From Candidatus Coprenecus pullicola (GTDB lineage Bacteria; Bacteroidota; Bacteroidia; Bacteroidales; UBA932): a stretch of DNA of 64,000 nt. This document shows, in pieces, positions 57,640 to 64,000 of the stretch. Positions within the stretch are counted from its first letter, which is position 1, and each line of letters begins with the position of its first letter. The notes under the pieces are model-generated. The model was not told the DNA's origin and made no database searches. It worked only from the letters and a program-made list of their open reading frames with translations. The DNA lies in contig DVHR01000001.1 of NCBI GenBank assembly GCA_018711925.1, positions 47 through 64,046 of the forward strand, given 5' to 3'. A program made the position numbers and the translations under genes.

Positions 57640-57736
57640 TCATCTCTCATTTCTCTCACAGCACACGTTTTATTTGATTTTCACCACAAAATAGGTATTG
57701 AATGCTGAACTTACAACAAAACAAGCCCTTTTTCGC

Positions 57737-58657
57737 TTACCTTACCCCGAACACATCCTCGGGATGCGTGCCCAAGGGCTCCACGTGCACCACTATGTCG
57801 TAGACCTCGGGGATACTGTCACGGATGTTCTGCTCCACCTGGGAGGCCAGGGCATGGGCCTGTGAGAGGGTCATGCCGCCGTCAGCCTCCACATCGAGGG
57901 TTATCATGTATTTGCCTCCTATGCTGCGGGAGCGGACCCGATGCGGGTTGCTTACACCATCGACCTTCTCAATGGCGTCAAATATCCGCTGATAGACAGA
58001 CACATCCTTAACTCCGTCCATTAGTTCCACATTGGAATCCATGAATATCCTGACTGCCGAGCGGATAATGAACAGGCTCACCAGCAGCGCTGTTACCGAA
58101 TCCAACACGGGCATGTCCAATACAAACGAGAAGAACAGGCCCGCCAGGACACTAAGAGAGATGATCATGTCGTTGCGCATATTGACCCCGTTGGCTATCA
58201 ACATCGACGAGCCCGTACGCCTGCCGACCCGGGTCTGGTACAGCGACAGCAGCAGCTTGCATACTATCGAGAACACCGTCACATAGATGGCCACGACCCC
58301 CGGCATTACCATCTCCTCATGGGAAAAAAGATGCCCTACCGCCGATATCAGCATCTCCGCCCCGGCGAAGAATATCAGCATCGAGAGTATTTTCGTCGCT
58401 ATCGACTCCGCCTTGGCATAGCCATAGACATATTTCTTATTGGGCCGCCGTCCCATGACCTTGGCCGCCACTATCATCACTATCGACACCGCCACGTCCG
58501 ACGCCGAGTCGATACCGTCACCGACCACCGCGAAACTTCCGCTTATCAGACCGGCCACTATCTTGGCTACCGAAAGCAGTCCGTTGCCGATAATACTGAC
58601 ATACGAGGCCGCCAATATCTGCCTCTCCACCGTCCTATGATGACTCTCCTGTCCCAT
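57737..58657 (-). CDS. Cation diffusion facilitator family transporter
   Basis: 306 aa with 6 TM segments, the DSASDV motif in TM2, and a C-terminal cytoplasmic domain. Confidence 0.85.
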   Translation of the reverse strand: MGQESHHRTVERQILAASYVSIIGNGLLSVAKIVAGLISGSFAVVGDGIDSASDVAVSIVMIVAAKVMGRRPNKKYVYGYAKAESIATKILSMLIFFAGAEMLISAVGHLFSHEEMVMPGVVAIYVTVFSIVCKLLLSLYQTRVGRRTGSSMLIANGVNMRNDMIISLSVLAGLFFSFVLDMPVLDSVTALLVSLFIIRSAVRIFMDSNVELMDGVKDVSVYQRIFDAIEKVDGVSNPHRVRSRSIGGKYMITLDVEADGGMTLSQAHALASQVEQNIRDSIPEVYDIVVHVEPLGTHPEDVFGVR

Positions 58658-58759
58658 ACATTTTCTCCGAGTCGCAAATATACTCCACCCTCACCACATA
58701 TCCAACACCTCCGAACAATCACAGCAGACGGTTTATTTTGCGCAGACACTGCATATTTC

Positions 58760-58767
58760 TATATTTG
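58760..58767 (+). promoter_or_regulatory. Candidate -7 box TAtaTTTG
   Basis: Exact TAnnTTTG match, 14 nt upstream of the ATG at 58781. This implies a very short leader. Confidence 0.4.
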
Positions 58768-58780
58768 CACGCTTAATACA

Positions 58781-59929
58781 ATGAATAGAATGACGATTAG
58801 ACTATCCGCAGCTCTCGTGCTGGCCGCAATAACTGTGTCCTGCGGCAACAGGGGAAACTCAGCTGCTGACGGAGAAAGGACAGAAATGCTATACGCCCAG
58901 TACCTGAGCATCACAGACTGCGACAGCTTCACCGTCGCGGACATTGCCAACCCCTGGGACACATCCCGGATACTGCACCGGTACGTTGCGGTGCCGAAGA
59001 GCGCAGCTCTGCCGACGGAGCTGCCGGACGGGACACTTATACGTACTCCGATAGACCGCATCATCGTATATTCCTCAGTACATGCCTCCATTATAGACGC
59101 GCTCGGGTACGCTGACCGGATAACGGGAGTCTGCGAGCCGGAGTACATAACCTGTGAGGCCGTACGCAGGGGTGTGTCGGAAGGCCGTATCTTAGACTGC
59201 GGCAACTCCGTGTCTCCCAATATAGAGCGGATAGCCGACGCCGGCGGGCAAGTCATCATCGCCTCCCCGTTCCAGAACAGCGGCTACGGTGCGGCCGGCA
59301 AACTTGGCATACCCATAGTGGAGGCTGCCGACTACATGGAGAACCTGCCTTTAGGCAGAACAGAATGGATCAGGCTGTTCGGTCTGCTCTTAGACTGTCA
59401 GGACCGGGCGGACTCTCTGTTCAAAGCCGCCTGCAATGAATACGACAGCATCAGGGACGCTGTTGCCGGACATATCGAGGAGAACGGAGGGGAGTCTCAC
59501 CGTCCGACTCTGCTGGTAGAGCGCAGATACGGGGCCTCGTGGGACGTACCTGGAGGCAGGAGCTACATGGCCCGCATGTACAGGGACGCCGGAGCCGCAT
59601 ATATCTTCGGGAACAACAGTACCACAGCCAACGTCAGCATGTCGTTTGAGAACGTGCTCAGCAAAGGCATCGATGCCGATATCTGGGTAATGAAATACTG
59701 GAGCCCGCAGCCCATGACCTATACCTCCCTCGAAGCCGAGTACCATCTATACTCCGAGTTCAGGGCCTTCAAGGAGCGCCACGTCTTTGGCTGCAACACC
59801 TGCTCGTCTTCCTACTACGACGACATCGTCCTCCATCCCGCATGGATTCTATCCGACCTGGCCGCTGTCTTTCACCCAGACTTGTATCCGGACCACGCCA
59901 GCCGCTACTTCAAACCCCTGAGCCGCTGA
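58781..59929 (+). CDS. ABC-transporter periplasmic binding lipoprotein (iron-siderophore/B12 class)
   Basis: 382 aa counted from MNRMTIRLSAALVLAAITVSC (the track ORF from 58319 is an antisense-overlap extension). Contains IDRIIVYSSVHASIIDALGYADRITGV and is BtuF/FhuD-like. Confidence 0.75.
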   Translation: MNRMTIRLSAALVLAAITVSCGNRGNSAADGERTEMLYAQYLSITDCDSFTVADIANPWDTSRILHRYVAVPKSAALPTELPDGTLIRTPIDRIIVYSSVHASIIDALGYADRITGVCEPEYITCEAVRRGVSEGRILDCGNSVSPNIERIADAGGQVIIASPFQNSGYGAAGKLGIPIVEAADYMENLPLGRTEWIRLFGLLLDCQDRADSLFKAACNEYDSIRDAVAGHIEENGGESHRPTLLVERRYGASWDVPGGRSYMARMYRDAGAAYIFGNNSTTANVSMSFENVLSKGIDADIWVMKYWSPQPMTYTSLEAEYHLYSEFRAFKERHVFGCNTCSSSYYDDIVLHPAWILSDLAAVFHPDLYPDHASRYFKPLSR

Positions 59930-59954
59930 CCGCCACGGGATGTCTCCGCTCACG

Positions 59955-60440
59955 GACATCCTGATGGGTTATCTTGCCCACCTTCAAGTCAACGAGTACA
60001 TAGCATTTCAGCACCACGTTATAGAATACAAGGTCGATGAAATAGTCCTCTGCATCCGTGCGGATGTGCTGCTGCCGAGCTACGAAGGCTGCACATAGTG
60101 ACGTTCGTAATATTGCGTGGATATGTTGCGGTTCAATGTCCTCACATTCCACGTCTGCGCAGAAGCAGTCTCCAAATACCACCTTCGGGCGGTCTCATCC
60201 TCCACACGTAACGTGGCGAGTATATGCGACCATTTCAGATTTTGCAAACACGTTTGCAAAATTGCCAAGTCAGGCATCGTGAGGTAGAACTTGCGGAAGT
60301 AGGCAAGATACCGTTGGCTGTATCCGCTCCCGTATTCGTGCGTCAGTTCCTTGCCGTATTGGACGCGTTCCTGCCCGTGTCAATGATTTGTTTGACATCA
60401 TTGATTACTTGCGAGAAGTTTTGTACTTTTGCACCGCAGT
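59955..60440 (-). pseudogene. DUF1016/YhcG-family PD-(D/E)XK nuclease, broken into three frames with an internal deletion
   Basis: Fragments: NFSQVINDVKQIIDTGR, then ERVQYGKELTHEYGSGYSQRYLAYFRKFY...WSHILATLRVEDETARRWYLETASAQTWNVRTLNRNISTQYYER*, then FVARQQHIRTDAEDYFIDLVFYNVVLKCYVLVDLKVGK in another frame. There is no start codon. Confidence 0.6.
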
Positions 60441-60663
60441 CCCGGGCGTTCCTCTCCCAGCTTTCAGTTACTGGTGATGAATCCGGGTTTTTTTATGTCC
60501 TGCCGCAAAGGTACTACAATTCCCATAGAATCCCCGCATTTCCATTCGTCCTATCCAATTACCCCGACGAGGTCGGTGCCTTCGTGGAGGTAGAAGGGAT
60601 AGACCATGTTGGTGCGGCGGTTCGCTAAGGGCAGGCGGAATAATGGGGATGGTTCGTAATATC

Positions 60664-61527
60664 TTACAGCAAGTCGGTAATGCTCGCAGCCGGTATCTCT
60701 AATTTGGAGAAGGCGAACATCTTCTTGCCGAGGTCTTTCAGCGAGGCTCCGATGTGATAGACGTCCGTTCCGTCGATAATCAGGAAGCGGTCGTGGCATT
60801 TCTTGTAGGTATGAATGCCTATCGGGGGATATTGGCGGTTGTGCTTCTGCAAATCTAATTGCAGTTGGCGGCTGACGGCCTGCGTATAGATGTCGGCTTT
60901 TACGCCGGCATTTCGCTTGCTGAGCATCAGCAGCACCGACTCGTCCACGTAGTTGTCTATCAGCAGCAGGGATACCTTAGCGGAGCGTATCAGGTCGGTG
61001 GCGAACTTGTAGGCATCAAACAACTGTCCGTCGTAGAAGATGCCTTCCACTGGCGGCAGCGAGGTGCGGACAAAGAAGTCTATCTTGCTGTCTATCCGGT
61101 TCAGGCGTTGCTCGTGCTCCATGAATTTGCTGTTCATCCGGTCTTCCAAATTACTTAGGTGCTGGTTGACGGAATAGCCTTTCAGCAGGTATTCTTTCAG
61201 CACCTTATTTGCCCATTGGCGGAACTGCGTGCCTCGGATGGATTTCACCCGGTAGCCTACGGAAATGATAACATCGAGGTTATAATACTTGACCCGGTAC
61301 TTCTTGCCGTCGGCGGCAGTTGTCAAGGATTCCTTTACAACTGAATTTTGGTTTAACTCTTTCTCTTTGAAGATGTTGTTCGTGTGCAGGCTCACGTTTT
61401 GCTTGGATGTCTGAAACAATTCAGCCATTTGCGCCTGTGTCAGCCACACCGTTTCTTCTTCCAGCCGCACTTCCAGCTTCACTTCATTGTCCGGTTGATA
61501 TAGTATGATTTCTCCTTGATTCTCCAT
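60664..61527 (-). CDS. RhuM-like protein (N-terminal DNA-binding region, C-terminal PLD-like region)
   Basis: 287 aa counted from MENQGEIILYQ. Contains VWLTQAQMAELFQTSKQNVSLH and YYNLDVIISVGYRVKSIRGTQFRQWA. The C-terminal HDRFLIIDG...GASLKDLGKK is HKD-like. Confidence 0.6.
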   Translation of the reverse strand: MENQGEIILYQPDNEVKLEVRLEEETVWLTQAQMAELFQTSKQNVSLHTNNIFKEKELNQNSVVKESLTTAADGKKYRVKYYNLDVIISVGYRVKSIRGTQFRQWANKVLKEYLLKGYSVNQHLSNLEDRMNSKFMEHEQRLNRIDSKIDFFVRTSLPPVEGIFYDGQLFDAYKFATDLIRSAKVSLLLIDNYVDESVLLMLSKRNAGVKADIYTQAVSRQLQLDLQKHNRQYPPIGIHTYKKCHDRFLIIDGTDVYHIGASLKDLGKKMFAFSKLEIPAASITDLL

Positions 61528-61604
61528 GTGTCGCAATTTTAACGGACAAAGGTAATGTTTTTCAGCCTGTTGACAATCAACGGACACAGTTCCTCTTCCA
61601 TTAT

Positions 61605-62043
61605 TCACTTTTGTGCATCTTTACTTCGCCCGGCAGAATGTGCAAGCACTCTCTGCACTCGCTTACCGTAAAGATTCCTTTTCCAATAACTATTAAGACC
61701 TCCCCATCCGATGTAATCAGTATTACCGATAGTTCCGCCACGATGCGCATGAACTTCCGAATGATTGCTGATTGTTACTATGGGAATACTTGTAGGGAAT
61801 GCAACAGTAGGGAATCCACTGCCAATGGCCGGGGTAGCCGCGTAACCTTCATCTTCTGCTCCGTAAGCATGGACGGTGGCAGTGCGCAGCGGTGGACGAG
61901 CCGCCCACCGCTGCGTTCAGTTCCGGTCCACGGTAGCCGGAGGAGATGATGTGGGCTTCGTGTTCGGCACCGGGCGTGTTGTCGATGCCCCGTGCCTTTG
62001 CCGTATCGGAGTGGATACATTCCTGTAAGGTGAAATATCTCAT
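61605..62043 (-). pseudogene. Peptidase M15A (D-Ala-D-Ala carboxypeptidase-like) gene, shortened and frameshifted
   Basis: The N-terminus MRYFTLQECIHSDTAKARGIDNTPGAEHEAHI joins directly to SSGYRGPELNAAVGGSSTAAH, then a stop. The downstream part is open only in another frame. Confidence 0.4.
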
Positions 62044-62128
62044 AATTCTTTATGTTGTGCCGACAGGTTTCTCCGTCGGCGGATTACACATCAGTTTCTT
62101 TGGTACTTCGACAGGCCGGAAAACAAGT

Positions 62129-62163
62129 GTCCCGCCCTTCTCCTGCGGGGAGAGGGGCGGGAC
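62129..62163 (-). terminator. Strong 15-bp-stem hairpin
   Basis: GTCCCGCCCTTCTCC-tgcgg-GGAGAGGGGCGGGAC with one G-T pair. On the minus strand it is followed by ACTTGTTTTCC. Confidence 0.5.
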
Positions 62164-62189
62164 GAAATAATGGGAATAATTGATATGGC

Positions 62190-62390
62190 TTATCTTTCAA
62201 TCCAATTTTCAAGTTGAATGCCGGTTAAATTCTTAAAGTGTTTCATGTTTTCCGTCACCATGACCATGTCATTTACAACGGCTGTACATCCTATCAGCAA
62301 GTCAAAATCATCATCGGCAGGAGTACCAGCCATGCGCAACCGCGCCTTTTCAGAAGCATACAAGTCAATAGCATTACTTATAGCCGGCTT
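62190..62390 (-). pseudogene. C-terminal half of a PIN-domain (VapC-like) toxin gene
   Basis: Reads AISNAIDLYASEKARLRMAGTPADDDFDLLIGCTAVVNDMVMVTENMKHFKNLTGIQLENWIER*. The N-terminal half and any antitoxin are missing. Confidence 0.5.
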
Positions 62391-62671
62391 TCCATTCGGT
62401 GTCTTTCTGTAGCATGTAGTAGAACGGGCCGTAGCCGGTGTCGTCCTTCTCGGCGGTGAAGGTCAGCAACTTTGTGTCTGCCGCCATGTCCTGCGGAATA
62501 ACGAGGGCTTCGTAGGCGGCTCACAGTCCGACCTCAAATGGGGGGCGCGACCCGGAGGAAGACGAGATTGAATTTGCCCGCCGTTGTGCGCGTGAGGCTT
62601 CGCACAGGCTCGGCATACAGAAGAAATCAGGAATGAAACGCAAATGACAAACCCAATAAACAACAGAGGAT

Positions 62672-63037
62672 ATGAAACAACCCGATACTGCCGCACTGCG
62701 TGAGCGGCTTGCCAATTATACGCCTGAAGAGGAAACAGACCGCCGGATAGCAGAACTGCGCGACTTGCTGAAAGAAATCAGTGCCGTCAAGGACAGCATG
62801 GCGGACATCATTACAGGCTTTACCCATGCCGTGGCGGATTTGCAGAAGAAGGACATCGGCGCACGGGTGCATCCCGACACCCTGAAAGCCCTGAATGAGA
62901 TTTGCACAAATTTTGTCGTGGAGGTCGGCAAACAACTGATGGCTCACCGTGACAGGCAGCTTGAACTGCAAATATTCATAGCTTTTTGTAAAACTTGCAT
63001 CTATCCTTGCACCCAAATGGGGTCGTACTGCCGATGA
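62672..63037 (+). CDS. Hypothetical protein (coiled-coil-like N-terminal part)
   Basis: 121-aa ORF with an AGAGGA 8 nt upstream. The first ~100 aa look protein-like (ELRDLLKEISAVKDSMADII). The tail is odd and may be truncated. Confidence 0.3.
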   Translation: MKQPDTAALRERLANYTPEEETDRRIAELRDLLKEISAVKDSMADIITGFTHAVADLQKKDIGARVHPDTLKALNEICTNFVVEVGKQLMAHRDRQLELQIFIAFCKTCIYPCTQMGSYCR

Positions 63038-63492
63038 ACGACAATTAAGATAACTTGATTCAATTTTTACCAGTAGAGATATTCCGGTTTGTTTCTCCAT
63101 ATACCTTTGAAAAAAAACGAAAGGTTGTGGTCGTAGCTGTCGGTTTGGCACAACAGTTTTTCTTTTTCAGCCAACAGCTGGCATATGCTGTCTATACGCT
63201 CGCTGCGGCAGGTTCTGGACTCATATATACCTCGTGTACATCCTTGCGGAGACTTCTTATTTTGTAGGTAGTAGCTTCCAATTCATGTTGTCTGTTCTGT
63301 TCATTGAGCCAAATATAGACGATGCCGAAAATGACGAATAGTATCAGCACATATCCTGCCGCTATCTTGGAGCAGCGCGGCTGCAGCCGGGTAAGTAAAA
63401 TGTTTCAATAAGTTCATATCGCTTCTAAGTTTTATGTTTCCAATACTACTTATAAGCGCTCCGAACAAAAGAATGATAAGGAAAGAAAATGA

Positions 63493-64000
63493 TTATTTCA
63501 GCAACTTCCGGTTTGTGTCTTCCAGAATGCGCATCTGCTGTATGGCTATCCGGTTCAGTTTGACGAGCCGTTCGCGCTGGGACAACCCTTCGTTGATGAG
63601 CACAGCATTCAGGCTTTCCATGTTTGACAGGCATATCAATTCGTTTACGCCTGCATAGTCACGGATGTTACCTTTCAAGTCTGGATAGGCATCGCGCCAT
63701 TCAAGTGCCGTCATGCCGAAGAGGGCGACGTTCAGCACGTCTGCCTCGCTGGCATATATGCGGCTTGCCTGCTGTGCCGTCACTTCCGCCGGAATGAGAT
63801 TTTGCTTGATGGCATCTGCGTGAATATGGTAGTTTATTTTAGAGAGTTCTCGCTTGGCCGACCATCCCAGCAAAGCCTGTTCCTGCTCTTTCAACCTCTG
63901 GAACTCCTTGACAAGATACAGCTCGAACTCCACGGAAACCCAGCTGGCAAACTTGAAAGCGATGTCGCGCTGCGCATACGTCCCGCCTCCGGCACCGTTT
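63493..64000 (-). CDS. KilA-N domain-containing protein (5' end outside the window)
   Basis: The frame is open to the window edge: NGAGGGTYAQRDIAFKFASWVSVEFELYLVKEFQRLKEQE...RELSKINYHIHADAIKQNLIP. This matches the remembered Bacteroides KilA-N family. Confidence 0.7.
   Translation of the reverse strand, partial: NGAGGGTYAQRDIAFKFASWVSVEFELYLVKEFQRLKEQEQALLGWSAKRELSKINYHIHADAIKQNLIPAEVTAQQASRIYASEADVLNVALFGMTALEWRDAYPDLKGNIRDYAGVNELICLSNMESLNAVLINEGLSQRERLVKLNRIAIQQMRILEDTNRKLLK

Noticed and set aside
60460-60500. GGTGATGAATCCGGGTTTTTTT might be a tRNA 3' fragment marking an att site for the decayed island.
   Set aside because: It does not match the GGTTCGAATCC T-arm consensus, and no acceptor stem or CCA context is present. 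It looks like a simple CCCGG...CCGGG hairpin with a T-tract.

Overview
This 64-kb chromosomal window reads like a Bacteroidales (Bacteroidota) genome. It is lipoprotein-rich, has TAnnTTTG-type -7 boxes 25-50 nt upstream of many starts, a MurF-Alr fusion and a split UshA-type nucleotidase. The taxon call is inference, since no search was possible. Content from left to right: the rpsU 3' end; a GNAT gene; hutU-mutA-mutB on the minus strand; and a 14-kb block of secreted/lipoprotein genes (7.8-22.1 kb). That block holds four paralogs sharing a C-terminal domain of about 240 aa, and a tightly packed 5-gene operon that includes a small beta-barrel protein. Next come parE, an acyltransferase and an acyl-CoA ligase, then a 1.3-kb intergenic region with a structured repeat and two tandem arrays. 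A second 4-gene lipoprotein operon follows, then housekeeping genes (comEA-like, rsmI, tdk, CNNM, ABC exporter, nucleotidase) and an inverted copy of the structured repeat. After that: an operon of aminopeptidase P, Trx-like ferredoxin, HydS-like sensory [FeFe]-hydrogenase and PP2C; DPP4; a small PAS protein; an 0.9-kb non-coding gap; pdxST; AAA/PDDEXK; HAD; thiD; murF-alr; CDF; and an orphan binding protein. From 59.9 kb onward there is a decayed mobile-element remnant (DUF1016, M15-peptidase and PIN fragments, a RhuM-like gene, KilA-N). I saw no rRNA, tRNA or CRISPR. The most unusual signals are three. (1) A repeat family with covarying stems always sits between convergent genes; two copies form 480-bp inverted arms, with perfect 82- and 126-nt blocks, around 14.4 kb. 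(2) Hairpin and G-rich tandem arrays are attached to that repeat. (3) There are paralogous surface-lipoprotein operons with no Sus-type partners in the window. All functional calls come from motifs recognised by eye, not from database searches.
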